Translations under genes and position numbers: made by a program
Assembly (NCBI GenBank): GCA_003344405.1
Contig: NOWV01000304.1
Coordinates: forward strand, 1 to 57,390
Reading direction: 5' to 3'
DNA from: Trichoplax sp. H2
Taxonomy: Eukaryota
DNA: 57,390 nt
In this document: positions 28,342-43,778 of the stretch, one piece after another
Numbering within the stretch: the stretch's first letter is position 1
How the letters are laid out: every line of letters starts with the position of its first letter
Notes under the pieces: generated by a model
Told to the model about the DNA's origin: nothing
The model's input: the letters and a program-made list of their open reading frames with translations, nothing else
The model's database searches: none

Positions 28342-31300
28342 TTATTGATTGAGGCTATTTAAGGTCAGACGTGTCAATACTGCTGCGTGTAGTTCAAGTG
28401 CCTAAAAGGTAAACATAAACATATGTAAACAAATTACTGGATATTTTGTTAGATACTAATTCGAATTGGTTTGGCGATTGTAGCTAATTATGATGCAGAA
28501 CTTTATTCAACGAAGCAATTTCTATTTGTTTATGGTCTACGTACAATTTCATGTAGTCCTAAGTTTGCTGCGATATGTATAACTTGTTGCCACTGCCGTT
28601 GGGTTACACTGTGATATTTTTATCACAAACCATTCAATTGTGTTAATCGGGAAACACAGATTTAATGCTATTACTTTGTTATCATAACTGGCAATTACAA
28701 GACTTACGATATCTCTTGAATTACGAGAGGTAATAAATTCGAATTTGTCTCATCGTAGATGAACTAGTAAGATGAAAATTAGTAAAAGTTAAAGCTATGT
28801 TATTTAAGCAGTAAAGCTAACAAATCAATTCATTCTATGTTCATTTCCTCAAAAATTTAATTTTGTATACTTACTTGCAGCAGATTTTCAATAACATCCC
28901 ATTTATTTAAGTCATGCAATAAATTAACAACCTACAGTATTATCAATCACGGACAGTAGGAGAATAATTATATTAGTAAGCATGCTGACATCTAAGAGTA
29001 GTGTAGCATGATTTTCTCTATCATGAATAAGAAAATACCTGATGTACTGAAAGTGGAGCAAAGCTATTTGATTCTCTTCGGCATAATAATTTACTAACTT
29101 CGAATACAGGAAATTCGGATAACAATTGCGTAAAGTCTGTAATTTAATGTTTCAGCTTGAAGTTATTGACAATGGTTAAATAATCTCGTATATTTTTATC
29201 ATGGTGGTTACAAATAGACTCGATGGTAAAGCTGTATTTCAGTTCATTGTATCAATAAAGAATTTCTAGGTTATTATAGCAATTGAAATCCAAAGAGCAT
29301 ACAATATGAACGGGTAAAATTTATAAATTTTTTGCTTTACCTTTAATTGTATAATTAACTTCTTGACAATATGCAAGTAGATTCTGATATAGGCCACGCT
29401 GATGGTAGCAGTGAGTAACTTTTTTGTGACATTCACATTGTGAATAAATACTTTGAGCCAGTGTCACATACATGGTATATTTTCTAAACGGATGAATAGC
29501 CCTATTAACAAAATCGCTATTTGTAGTATTTGAAATATCGCTAAATACTTACTTAAGATCGGTTTCATTATTAGAGAAGCTTAAGATGATATCTCCCATG
29601 ACTTCGCTTAGAGTCAACTATTGATGGAATCAATATTAAAAAATCAAGCCCTTACTATCATTTCTCAGCATTACTTTTTTGCTAATAGCTATATATAGTA
29701 TTTGACAATTTAGCGCAACATATTTTCTTGGATGAGAAATAAAAATTTCATATTTATTAATTACGAATGAGTACCAAAGATGATACTAGTACCTGTCCTT
29801 GGGCAATCCAGTGGACAACAAGATCATCTCTTCCTATAACATGATTGATAAAGGATCAGAAATGACTTCAAGATAGGAGATGCAATGAAACTCTACTTTT
29901 GCAATTTCATCAGCTCATCTTAACTCTCGTCAGTTGAAGAACTGCCAGTGCATTGCAACTACTCAAGTAAACAGACGATATCATATATCACAACTATTTA
30001 AGAATCCACGCGAATAAAGATATGGACCTTCAGTTAAAGCACAGTTGATGTACTCGATGGAATCATTTACAGTTGGTCTGTGGCTAACCGCTTCCGCAGA
30101 AGACATAATTGCTTCGCAATATGCTAGCAAGGGTGATCTACAGTATAATATCAAAATAACATATGCATTTTAATTGTTAGAAAGGCCATTTACATTAAAC
30201 TATTACAGCCAATTATTGCAGATTATCTTTAGGGAAATCTACATAAATATTGTACTACTCTTGATGATTGATATTACATTGAGAGATACAATCCCTTGGA
30301 AGTATGCTGTGAAATGTAATTTACCTGAGGGCTTATTATAAAGATATTAGCTTACCTGCAACTTGCTTGTTTTTTCGCTTCTTTAAATCGATTCAAAGTT
30401 TGCGTCGTCCTTAGAACTCCCTGATCAAAATTTAAAACAATTTATTACACTTTCTAATTGTTAGCGTTATTATCTACTTCATTCATGATAGAAATTAGAC
30501 ACTAACCCTTGGAGAATTAGCAGCATGGATAGCGGCCTGTTCATAATGCTTATCCTGAAATAGCTAAAAAAATAATAATTGTGAAATTGTATGAAATATA
30601 AGGCATTACATTATTATTTTCGTTAATGATTAGTGGTGTAGCCGAACTTCCTAAGGCTACTGTGATAACAGGGAATTACATACCACATTAAAGGCTTCAA
30701 TATATTCCAAAATAATTTCAGCTTCTTTTTCCTTTGTAGGATCCTAAATGATGTTATAAGGTTAAACAACTTAAACTCTCGTAACTATATTCCGAAGCAA
30801 TTACATGTTACATGCTTAAACTGTGGAAGGATCATTCTAATACCATGGATGAATATAAATTCCATATTTCAACTTTATATTGATATCACTGTAGTTAAAC
30901 AATTTCAATAATGAATAAGTAAACAATGAAACTTACGTCCTCATCAAATAAATTACTTTTGGCCATTTGCAGATCATAAGTTCCGTGATAAGATTCTAAC
31001 ATGGTTAATTTATTAAAGTTTTACAACCATACCGCATCGTTTTAGCAAAATAGTCGTACTACTGCGATAATATTAGTCTTTAGCTCATGTAACTTCTGCA
31101 GATGTCATAAGCCTTACCATACATTGTTAGAATGTTCGAAAACATATAATTATAGATATGAAATGAACATTGTGATATAGTGACCAGGCATTCTGGATTT
31201 AAAGTTAGGATTTAATGATAAAAAAACCTAACGTACCTATAACGTTTTTGAGAACTTTTAAAGTAGACTCAAAATCAATTAAAGACTCATTGGAACCACT

Positions 31301-33455
31301 TTGTAATAAACAAGTCTGCAAAGCCTTGATTACAAATAAGTATCAGAACGATAAAATGTTTAGATAAATCAATGGTGGTTTAAAAGTAGTAATTTCTAAT
31401 AAAATGGGCTTATATGACGAATATTTACGAATAATATGCAGGCATAAAATTTCATCTTTTACCTCACTCGCTACTTTATACATATGCCCCTTAATGGCTA
31501 ATTGCTGATGATCATCGACAATGCCTCGATAATTATCCTATGTTATGAACCAGGTTATATCCCACAGACAATAAAATATTTTAAAAGATCATATGAGTTA
31601 CTGCTGCTATGCTTTTCTCCAATTCACACAATTAATATGATTTCATCAATGCATGGATTACTTAGGCGTAATTGTACCTCCTTAGTCGCCCACTGCTTCT
31701 TCAGGGTTGCTTGAATTTCTTTAGAAGCAAATCTATCATATGAATTTGTGAAATAATGTTTAAAAGTTTTAGATACAAGTTTTATCAACTTAATGATGGA
31801 GAGAATAAATTGCAGCAATTTTAAATATTTCTTACTTTATATTTTCTGTATCTTTTATTTCTTGAATATCCGATTCGCATTTATCTAACTATAGCACACA
31901 GATTACCAAATTAAATGTAGCGAATAAATGCAATGATGTAACCATATTGTCTTAGTTGAATATTTACTTCCTGCCGTAATGCCTTAACATTATCAGCGTC
32001 CTTTTTCGATATTCCCGGAGCATATCCCAAAAAATTTTTTTCAAGCTTGGTAACTACTTTCTTATTAATTGTCCTCATTTCTGAAATAAAATAAAATCTC
32101 AGTAACCATTTATCACTAGCATTTCTAGGTATTTGCTTAGAAATTAAAATACTACTGCAATTTTTGGCTCGTTGTTTTGGATTATAAAAGAAATACTATT
32201 TGTTTTGTAAACTAATAATTGATATACCTCGGTCTTTACGGATGATATCATTCCTCTTTTTTCTAGGAATATAGGTAAAATCATGAAATTACTATATGCA
32301 ATTAGCAATACGAAAGCGTAGTGATCAAATTTCAAAACAATTAGTTGCTGATTACGTTTCTTCCTCCATCGCAGCTCTTAGCCTATGTTTTAAGTTGGTA
32401 GGAGCGATGAAAATGATTAATTTATTATAAACAATTAGTAAAAAATTACGGAAATAATATCGTTGCACTATGATACCGTTTGTTGTCAGCCTCGATATAA
32501 TCTAGTTTTTTCTTTAATTCTGCTTCACGTTTATAATAATTTCTTAATTGATAAAAACATTGGATCAAACATTCGAATAAAGAAATAATAATATATTTTT
32601 TAAAACTGCTCAGATCACAATCTTAAAATCTCTGAATTAGAAAATTGAAATTATTACCCTAGAGTAGCCTGAGTGTAAGTTAAAGACTTTAGTTTAGACG
32701 CAGATAGTATGGCCTCTTCCTTTTCTTGTTCTAAATGATCGATGACATTTTCGTATTGGGCCTATATTTTTAAATAGCCAAGTTAATGCCATGTAAATTT
32801 TAAAATACTTCTACCAGCTTTTAAAAGGTGTCATTTTGTTATCTAACGCTTTTACAGCACCTTAATAATAGCAAGGATATCTTTATAGGATGTAACATGT
32901 TCAAGTAAGTGTCCTAGAACTTGCTTATGTACCAAAAACCTCTTCTAAAATATCAGTAGACGGATCGGTTAAAAGTACTGTCAAATTTTATGATAGAAAA
33001 TTTGCTGCAATCTGTATGATCCTTTCAAAAGTATTTATTTTACATATCTGTAACAAGCATATCCTATTAAAGCAAACTTATTGTTCGAAATAAGACTCAT
33101 TTCATCAAGTACGTTTCCTATTACTTACTTTTCTAGATTGGTGATCAGAGTCCGACGTGTTCTTGACTTTTTCTAATTCCTATATTTAATGAAGCGGCAA
33201 TGATACATTGTCATAAAAGTTACTAATTAAGCAGATTATATTGAATGTAAAATAAATGACTTTAATACCCTAAAGTACCACTCATAAAATAAAATGTTAA
33301 AGTTCTTATACCTGGTCTAATATATTTTGAAGACGTTTAATAGATTGCATTTCTTTATCTTCAACTCTATCTTCTCCATGGTCAAAGTTCCCTATCTCAT
33401 CAATAACAGGAGATAATAGTCTCGGTCTTTCCCTGGGTACTTTAAAATTTTCCAT
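28342..33455 (-). CDS. CLHC1: Clathrin heavy chain linker domain-containing protein 1-like, multi-exon (not all internal exons resolved)
   Basis: First exon MENFKVPRERPRLLSPVI...; RFLVHKQVLGHLLEHVTSYKDILAIIK|AQYENVIDHL (TSNAXIP1_N-like); AIHAANSPR|GVLRTTQTLNRFK; SPLLAYCEAI; DLVVHWIAQGQ|LTLSEVMGDII; last exon ALELHAAVLTRLTLNSLNQ*. These resemble vertebrate CLHC1 from memory. Confidence 0.8.
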
Positions 33456-36400
33456 ACTATTTTAATTAATGCAGAAATAAAACTTTTAGTACATGTTTTA
33501 CGTTATATACGATAAGTTTAAATCATCACCCAAGCTTTCGTATTGTAATGAAAAATCGTGTTAGTAATTTATGTCATTAGAGACACATTAGATTAACTAA
33601 TAATTTAATGGGTATTTCTATGTCTTTAATGGGAAAACTACTTAATGGATACTACGACATGATTGAAATAATATTCAAATGTCTATCGTTTCAGAAATTG
33701 TACTGCGAGTGACGTCCTGATACTCATGCTAAATAAACGGTTGGGTAATAAAAACATGGCTATTACAGACACATCATTGAAAAAGCTCTATACTTAATGA
33801 AAGGAATAGGGATAGCGTTTGATAATCCTAATTTTATGATATTTAGAAGAAGGTATTCGTACAAAATCTAAGAAACACAGGCAAAACTTTTGAGTTTTAA
33901 CCCGCATTTGTAACCAATGAACGTGCTTGATGATTACCACTATAAACAACACAAAATCGAAAATGATAAAAGTTTACTGCCCGACATGTATTTTATAGCG
34001 CCGTGCCTACTATGCAACACCTAATGTTGACTATTCCCTCATCATTAGCAGTCCTTAATAACTAGCTAGTTACAAACCAAGATTTTACTGAAATACGAAT
34101 CAATTTCATAATAATTTAGCTACATAAAGCATTACGGTATTTTGCATTTCTTAGATGGGGTTCCAAAAGTATACAAACTTTCATGAAGATAAGGTCATAT
34201 CATAGAAAAATAAGTTATCGTTTAATTCTAAGAGACTATTATCAAACGATAGCAATGTTAAGTTTATTACTAAAAAGCCATTCTACATAAACCACAAGCG
34301 AATTACATTATTTTCTACGCGTATTTTAGAGAATAACAAGACAACAAACTTATATAACGAATATTAAGACGTTGGTTTAAAGGCTGATAAAATGGCCCGA
34401 AATATATATACAACAATTTTACTAACCTACCTAATTCCAATGACGTTGTGTTGCAGATTACTTGTTCAAGCTGTTTTGAAGTGAATAGATTGGCTAATGT
34501 ACCTAACAAATTTCATTAATCAAGGACATGATAACCCATGATGAGGTTTTGAATTCTGTCAATATCCACAAGATGTTAATAAAAGATGACAACCTCTATC
34601 ATTGCAAGAATACTACTGCCTCTATTAATAATTATAATTGACTTTACCCGTTATAATAATCATTAGAATCTGTGGTGCTTCCATACAGTGGTTGTACCAG
34701 AATGCGGCATTAACTTTGAAAGGTTGCCATGATACAGACGGAGTTTGCGTATTAGCGTTCTTCGTCTATAAGCCTACATTACAGTACTTTTATGCTGGAA
34801 TCAGAACGAGCATGCGTAGACGGAACTCCTTCCCATCCCCTGGTTAATGATATCAGTTAATTAATTAATCACCGAATTTCTTAAATTTCTTACTAACTTA
34901 CCGGGTTGGAGGTTTTTAGGGGTGATTATGGTCATTAAAGCAGCTCTAGTGGAAGACTAAAATTTGTAAAGGAAAATAATTATATACGCGTAATGATATG
35001 ATCATGTGAAATTGAATGTAAACCATATCCATACCTTAGAATTAAATGGAGTACTAGTGGATATTCAACTCAAGTATTCTTATCGATCACGCATCATTAG
35101 ATTGTTAAATATAAAAATTTACTTAGCAGTCAAAATGTACGTTTGAAAATGATACATTTGTAAAGTCAATTAACTATAAATGAGTCGTTAAATCGACTGA
35201 AAATGAAAGATTAATTCTCTCCATAGATATAGTGGTTCTATCATGGAAATGTTTAAGAGAGTAAATCTAACTTGGATATAGTAGCATTGTAAATTTTTTA
35301 ATCTCCTTAATCTTGACTTAGGCTTACTACATATCTAGAGGCCTAATACATTGATCTATTGCTAACTATTTCCCATATTTATAGAAGTAATGCATTAGTA
35401 GAGCTGTAGTTGATTGGATTTTACTTCTATTTAGATAAATATACCTTAAAGCTTCATCTGCTGTAGTATCGTTTTACTATAGCAAATAAGGCAGGATAAA
35501 ATACTTATAAAATGATTCTTGTATGATTTGAAAATTAACGATATTGAATAAACAGTTTCAAACGTCGTAAAATGAATCTGTTTTTAGACGTTATAAGACC
35601 TAGCTTACTTCAATCCGATTAAATTGGCACTGATTGCCAAAGATATCAAAACAGCAGTCCTATTTCACAGTTACTAATAAATACTTAAGAAATCCATCGT
35701 GGTAGTATAGATGGATAAGTATAAAAATTAAACGGTAAGATAATTTCTATACCAATAGTTAATAAGATGAGGTGGCTCTAGTTTTAGTTCCTATCCAGAA
35801 GATTAAATCATAGCAAAAAGACTAAATTTACGAGATAAAGAGCACATTTATGCGCTTTTATACTTTTTAGTCGACGATAGCAATAATAGAAATTATTAAG
35901 GTGCACTTTACAGCAAGAAAATTTAAATTGTTAATGGTATTATCCTGTGCGTTTATTTTAAACTCTTCAATTATGAAAATTTAAGCCATATAAGCGAGAA
36001 TATAGAAATGAAAAAAGCATTGGAAAAAGTGATTAATTGAATTAAAATTAACAGTTGGTTTGCCAGTGAAATAGTTATCTCATCTTCTTAAAGTAAATCG
36101 TAATAAATTTACTGTATTCCAAAGTAACAGAATTTACCAATGTTAAGTTAGAAGTAATAATCAATAACATAAAGAATGATTATTTGCTGTACACTTCATA
36201 GTACTATACTAGGATATTCAATACACAGAATATTTTTTCTTGTTTAAGCATCTGTCAGTAATAATAATACAGTGCTTCGATTAACGAATCTTTACATCAA
36301 TAAAATTTAATAGTTTACCATTTATTGGCATCATTAGTTAACCAAAATTTGAAAAATTAGTGATATGTACTTGATCCATTTAATATTTAGAATCAGTTTA

Positions 36401-37224
36401 TTGGCGAATATTAACGTAACGTAATGCCAAAATTTTTATTGATGGCTTAAATGGATTTGTGTTGATATATGTACAGTTTAAAATGCAAAGACTCTACATT
36501 TTGAAGATAAATAGTATTCTTAATCAAGCTTTATGGCTTCAAATGCCATTTTGAAACGTTATTCAATTCTTATATAACGTGAAGAAGAATCAGATTATAA
36601 TACATACATTAAACATAATTAAGAGTTTTAAGAGTTATTTCTCGTTAATATTTTGAGGAAGTGGCGTTCTAATTCATTTTAGAACAAGAAATTACTTTTC
36701 AACAGAAAAACAAGCATATTTTGATAAGATTATAAATTATGTAAAGAATAAATTCTGACCAATTATAAAATGTTAAAATTTCTCGGTATAACTGACGTTT
36801 TCATATAGCTGCGTCACGTTTCAAAATACTAAATAATCATAAACGTGTAGATCATTTTAGCATTGAATAACGAAACAGAAATATAAACCGATCAACATTA
36901 AGTAAGTAGTACAGTATACGATAAAATGCCATCTTTTTAGCTGTCATGTTTCTAATAGTAAGGTATAACATTTATTATGGCCTCCTAGTATCTTCTATTG
37001 CAATTAAAGTAAAGCTCAATAGGTCTTTATGTTTGTATAATTTGTAGGATACATGTGTGTATTCACAAACGGGAGTCAAGATTATCACTTTTAAAAGTCT
37101 TAATAGAGGAAAATTTACAAAGTAAAGTTTTGTAGCCAGAATTAGAGTAATACGCATAGATTACATATATTGTTATTGAATATAGCTCGTTTCGTTTAAC
37201 AATAATTACAAGTCCTGTAATTTA

Positions 37225-37836
37225 CTAGAGAAACTCTTCGGTATCTCTTGGGTCCTCTGTACATGGAATTATTTCTGAAGCACTCATAGTCAAAACTGCT
37301 GCTGGAGGTGGAGCACTACCTAAAACAGTCATAAAACGTGGTCGATTATCGCTACCTTCTAAATTGATCGGTGGTAATGCTTTTTTCTCCTTTAAATTGA
37401 TCGAAATTGTTGGTACAGTTAGTGTTGTAAGTGTTTGATCAGTTCTATTTGAATTTTGAAGAGATAATAACGATTTATCGTCGGATCTACTAAAAGTTTT
37501 TGATCTGTTCGAATAATTTCTATTAAAGCTTTCTCCACTGTCTTCAAATATATTACTTGATAAAGTGGAATGGCTATTATTTAGTGTATGACGAAGGAGT
37601 AAAGAAACATCGGATAGCGCTCGCCCTCTTCCCTGCTCTCTAATATCAGGTAATAGGTTGTATCTTTGTATGTTCCAACCTCTAGAAATTTGCTGGCGTA
37701 AGAATTTTTTATCGGTTTCTGGTTCTGTTTGCTGTGCATTATTTGATATTTCTTGAAGGTGGATTTTTTCTTGAGCTATCTTGGAGGAAGAAGAATTAAT
37801 TGAAAGCACATTAGGTATAATCGATTGACTTTTCAT
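37225..37836 (-). CDS. Orphan Ser/Asn-rich, probably disordered protein (~203 aa from first ATG; may be a terminal exon)
   Basis: Longest ORF in the track (209 codons), unlikely by chance in such AT-rich DNA; hydrophilic, protein-like composition; acceptor-like ccctcag just upstream. Confidence 0.65.
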   Translation of the reverse strand: MKSQSIIPNVLSINSSSSKIAQEKIHLQEISNNAQQTEPETDKKFLRQQISRGWNIQRYNLLPDIREQGRGRALSDVSLLLRHTLNNSHSTLSSNIFEDSGESFNRNYSNRSKTFSRSDDKSLLSLQNSNRTDQTLTTLTVPTISINLKEKKALPPINLEGSDNRPRFMTVLGSAPPPAAVLTMSASEIIPCTEDPRDTEEFL

Positions 37837-40800
37837 GTTGTTGATTTCTCTCAATGTTCTGAGGGATATAATTAGGCCAACGATAATTAGATGATTTGAC
37901 GACTTTGCTCAAGTCTGCCCGTAATTAACCAGTTTGTTTACTTAACTGAACATAAATGAGCGAATAAATTTGAATCTTTGATATCCACGGTATTGCCGAA
38001 ACTGAAGGATGGGAAAGGATAGATTAATAATTATATTTTATTAAATGCTTTTGAGAAATGCTTTGAAATTTTAAAAATTCTATCATATAATAAATATTAA
38101 ATATTAACTAAAATTCGTTAACAGTAAACTATAAAAGTTAAAAGTACGCAGTAATAAAAAAGTTTTTACGGTATTTTGTAATTTAGTTTAATAATATTCT
38201 CTTCAATATGATCAGAAAGCTAATTTAAGATGATTTGATTCAATAATTCCTTAATAGAGTATAACAAGAACAATAGTTTACACAGATAGTAACGTTCATT
38301 AGTGGTAGAACAACTAAATGTCCTACTAATAAGATCGATCATGTGATTTATATATTGCAGACCGAAAAGAATATAGATTGTAAATACAAAGTAAGAATTG
38401 AATACGTACAAAAGACAGTGCTATTAATTAAGAATTGAAAACAAAGTAAATAATAAAGCCACTAATTTTAAAGTTTTATAGAACATTGTAACTTGGGTCA
38501 TAAGTCTTCTTTTAATATTAATTATTACAGCTATAGATCTTGTTATTAACATTTCACTGATAGACTGTCCTAAATGAATTAATTCTTTCTAATATCCCTT
38601 TTAATTAATGTCTTATTTAAATCGTGATTTTTCGATATTCTCTTATATAGGCAATGTCAGCTGTTTAATATGAAAACAAAAGAAATATTTTGAATATTTC
38701 TTAAAATATCTAAAAATTGTAAATTTAAACATAAAATTTGAAAACGTTTAAAATGAGTTGTTAAATGCCCTGCTAATGCTAGTAATTCAAGGTAAATAAA
38801 CATCAGTTGAATTTCATGACTATATTTGTTTTTGTGTTGTTTCTTCTGAAGGAATGTTATCGGCAAAAGGCTTCGCGATTGTTTAAGGCTTATGTATTTA
38901 CTATCATGGATGCTGGTATGATTTCATAACTCAATGCTTTTAATTTTATACTTCTAATATTAGCTATTTAGCCCGTACTAAAATCTCTGTCATACCCTAT
39001 GAGAACTATTTTATTATCAATTCCTAAGACGAGGATACCTTTATTGTATGCTTTATGCCTATAAATTAAAGTTCATACACAATTTTAGATCGAATACAAT
39101 TCAAACACTAAAAATAGATACCAGGTAGATGAATTGATCATAAACTGGCATAGAAATAAAATCTTCTTCTAGTCTTTTAGAACAAGTAAATTGCGGAGAA
39201 AAAAGAGATTGTCCCACGCTCATGAGTAATATTAGTAATTAACTACATATTGTAACCGATACCATTACTTTTTTAATACGTTAATATTTACTTATATGAA
39301 TTGCTTTTTGAATTACCTAGTCAATGAATATGATAATAGCATAAAATGCTTATTTTGTGATAATTTTCTCTAATGATAAATAACATAGAAGGAACGGTAT
39401 ACAATTATAATGGCTGTACTGTCTTAATTAGTGATACAAACTGCTAATTTAAAATTGACACGTACTCTGTGGTAAAATTAGCTATTTAATTTTCTATTAA
39501 TCCACACCGCTCACAAAGATAGAAATAAAGTACCTTTACTAAATTTAGTTCTAGGTCAATGAATATTTAATATGATCTATAATAACAATTGACGAATTCT
39601 CTTTGTAAAGTATTAACTACTGAATCTTTAAGTGCTCATTAACATTTGAAATAGTTACAACTTTCTATCATTATGGTAGTAAGGTAAAAATTCTTGTTCA
39701 ATTCACTAAGTAGTTCTGACGTAAGAAGTAAAGCTTTGCCTGATTTAGCAAGAATTAAGTGCGATCCTATCATAAGAAAATCAGTAAAACAAATTTTTAA
39801 CGTGAAAACAGATTAGTTTATTATCGAATAAATCCTTCAAGATCGACGCTTATATGTTAAAGCATACATTTATATAATTTACGATACAGCCAATATCCGA
39901 TGTCCGTGTATATATATAAAATTATATTTGCAATTGAAATTGGCTAACACCATTTTATTGATGATTTTTTTTACGAAGAGGAATGATGATTATTGGAATG
40001 CGTGAGCAATATAATATTATCGAGTAAACGTAGGTAGCAGGTTGTCGTAGTCATGTAAGCTCTCGAATTGCTTTCAGTATAGCTCTCAAATCAAGATATC
40101 GCTATTTGGGACAATTACTATCGCCTAGCCCATCTCGGATAGATTGCAATGTCTACTATCTATCTCAGATGGCTTACTGTCGGCGCTATTGAGATCATTC
40201 AACATTTAAATTACGTATGCAAAAGATATCGGTTTACGTCATTTCTGTCTTAAATTGACTTATATCAACGCGACGAACTAAAAGTTTTATTACTTCTTGA
40301 TCTTAAATTTTTGGTTATTTCGGCTTAAATTCTTATAACATTTAATAAGTACATATACTGAATTATTGACGTACCGCACAGTACAAATTTCTTGTATTAC
40401 TAATAAAATATAAAATACCGAAACCATGTTGTCTATTTTGAGGTAGTAATTGGAGTTCAGTATAATAGCTGTGAAATTTGAAGATTGGGTAATTAATTGC
40501 AGAAAAAATAATTCATTTTATCGGGACATAAGTGGCTACAACCAATATCAAGGCGTCGATTAGATTAGATTAATCAGTATAATTGGAAATTTCGATAATT
40601 TCCAGTAAGTTACATATTATTAAGCTATAAAATGCTTTGTAAATATAGCAATAAAATGTGAATGCATTGATTACGAACTAATAGAGTATGCTACGATCTA
40701 GCAGATTTCAAATTGATAGGTCTTCATTATTCTATAACTGTGTCTAAGATGGTTTACTATCATTTTCAGTAAAGTAAAGACCTACTTTAATTTATGGAGA

Positions 40801-41787
40801 AGCTACTGCAATCGTATCGTATTAAAAATTACCTCAAATGTGTGGAAGTGCCCAGAGATATCTAGAATTCCACTAATTTTCATACTAGACTCGATTTATT
40901 TTATATTCTGCTTAAAATATAATTTCATAAAGGACAAGTAATAAGCTGTTATATACTATGAATATTTCATCGTTCGTAAATGGGATTTCAATAAAAATCC
41001 ACTAAGTAAAACTACTTTATCTACTCATATACATACATAGTAGTTATGAAGTTACCTATACGATACACTACAATATTATTTAATCTTTAATTTAGATAGC
41101 ATGTTTTTATCCAAAACCTTTGTTTTTACTCTTGTCTTAAAATTCGTGTATTTTATGAAAGAGACTACTGTTGTCTATAGAATTGCATTTGAAATATTTA
41201 TCAGCGGAGAAAAAATGTTAGGATCCACGTCTAAAAATAGGTAACATTTATTTTAGCATGCCTGGTAGTACATATTTGAAGTAGTTTCAAATATCGGAAG
41301 TTCGTTTATACAATTTCTCTTAGATTAATATTATGTAAGTGATACTTTGGACTGTAACCATGGCAATTAATTAATACACCTGATCTCTCCCTTAACGTTT
41401 CATTAATACAGCTTACTATTCAATGGCATCTTATTCGTGTAGGAGTAATTAAAGATCTATGATTACTGTATAGAACTATTAAATGGTGCATCAACTGTTT
41501 AAACATTAATATCGCAAGTATATAAAGTTTCGTAAATAGAGTCAATAATATCTGTCTAATAGTATAAGCATAACTGGATGGATAAGTGAGCTCTGAAATA
41601 GCCAAAATAAAGTTTTGAAGAGATACCGTTAATGATTCATAATTTATCTTTCCTTCTGAGTTTCCATATCGTAAATCACTTATGTACTGTGGAAAGTAAT
41701 TTTAGTTCGCATTTGTATAATTTACGCCACAGATCCCGTCAGTATGGCCGTAATATAACACACAGAGGAAAATATATAAAGCGCATA

Positions 41788-42417
41788 TGTCACAAAACAG
41801 CTTTGCAACAAGATAACGTAATTTACGATCAATAAGTCAATTCCTTGAACCACGTATCAAGGAACGATATCTCCACTATCACGAACACTTTTGCTCTACT
41901 AGCAGACTACACAAAGACTTAAACGCCTCGTATTTTACGTTAAACACTAAGTTTGAGAATCCACTTTATTACACGATATACTGCATTTATATATTATTCC
42001 TCAATAGTTCATGAGTCATAGTTAATACAATTAACATTAGAATCATTTACTGAATTAGATATTAATTTTAGCTACTGCTCCCTTAATGCAGACGACAGTA
42101 TTTACGTACATAGACATCTGATGACTAATACAGAATGGTCAGATTACGATATGTCCTATCACGGAACATTTCCATGATAATTTACAATCTACCATGAGTA
42201 AGTTACAATCACAATGATTGGAACTGTAAGTAGATAATTTGCATTCTCCGTTATAACTATTAATTTCAGTATGTGTATATGTGTCACTGTGATAAAAAGT
42301 CAGCGCTATATTAAAACACAGTATCTCCAAATTAGAAGTTAACTAAATAAGGATAGGCTAACAGGATTGTCCTAAGATAGATATTTCTACTCTAATACAG
42401 TATATAACAATGTCACA
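41788..42417. mobile_element. Complete family A solo-LTR-like element (630 bp)
   Basis: tgtcaca...tgtcaca termini (TG...CA); perfect TSD gcata (41783-41787, 42418-42422). Confidence 0.88.
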
Positions 42418-43778
42418 GCATATAATTGAAAAATAGCAGAAGTTTAACCAAGGTTTAAAGAAGAATATTTCGGTTAGGATGTTTGCTGTTTAGCATTAAC
42501 CAAATTGTAATAATTATTACAAGTTGCTACTATATTGTCATACAGATATGATTATCGATGGGTGCATCGGAAATTATGACTCATTTTATAACCGAATTTT
42601 AAAGAAACAAGTTACCGTTAAAGATTTTCAACGAATTAAAATTATGAAATTTCGATAAATTTTTGTTTGTGCCACTGTTACGAGCTAGGAATAATCCTAA
42701 CTTGTAATAAGTTCTGGAGCTTGTTTCAAATTTACGTTATTGTAAATTAGAATGCCATTGGGTTGATATTCCTAGATAGCTATAAATCAGGTTTAGCTCG
42801 CTTTACTTTAGAATCTGCATTTATACAGATTATGCGCAATCTAACCCTATTAAATTCGCTGTTTAAGTAGTACACTAATAAATTCCTAATAGTAATTAAC
42901 AAAGGTACACTAGGCTATCCCACTATAATATTTCATCTGAATTTACAAGTACTAACTTTTGACCTACAAATCTTTCGAAATCATAAATACAATCTGTCTA
43001 AACTGGTTGGTAATTAATTTTTAAGTCTACGTAATTCTAAATTTATAATGGTTAATTAAAGCTAACTCATCAATTGTTAAGCAACAAAGTTACAGTTAAG
43101 GAGACCGTAAGCATCGCTAACATAACATTATAAATTGAATATAACACGGAAATAATTTACTTGTCATAAAAATTTGCTTTTGTGACAGTACTGAGGTTGA
43201 TATTAATTTGAAATGGATTGTAAAAAAACTATTTGCTGTATTTTGGTATTATCTACAGTATATGTTGTATACTCTAACTTTTAACTGTTATGAATACGCA
43301 TGGATATCATCCTCCTATACTACACAAGATAAGATAACTGTATTGGTACTTGTTATCGTAGTGAACTATATCCAGTCAGCTGATCTGAATTATCTCTAAT
43401 CAACCAGCAGCCGGAAAGCTACTTACTTATGACTGTGCACATCGTGCAGTGAGGTTTTTTAAAAGGATTCTAGTGATACTCTCTAAGTAGCGAAGTTCTC
43501 GAGATATCGATTGTGAAGAGCATTAGCGGTATATAGAGTATGAGTGATATATAACCTGTTACTTCGCTAAGAGTAGTTCTAATTTTATTTTAGATAGAAG
43601 TTAATAAACGTAACTTGTATTGGCCAACTTCTGACATCGGCTGTAACCTATTATATATCACGGGCGACAATTATAACACTATTTCCGGAGGGTAACTTTT
43701 AACTTGAGATCTAAATTTAATGATACAGCTTTGAATTTTTGTAATTAATTTGGCAAGGATTAGTACTGAATATGTTTG

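Noticed and set aside
41205..43700. Scattered short AG...GTAAG blocks (e.g. 41205-41240, ~41323, ~43097) as a second microexon gene
   Set aside because: I could not chain them into a consistent frame with a start codon; such matches are expected by chance in AT-rich DNA.
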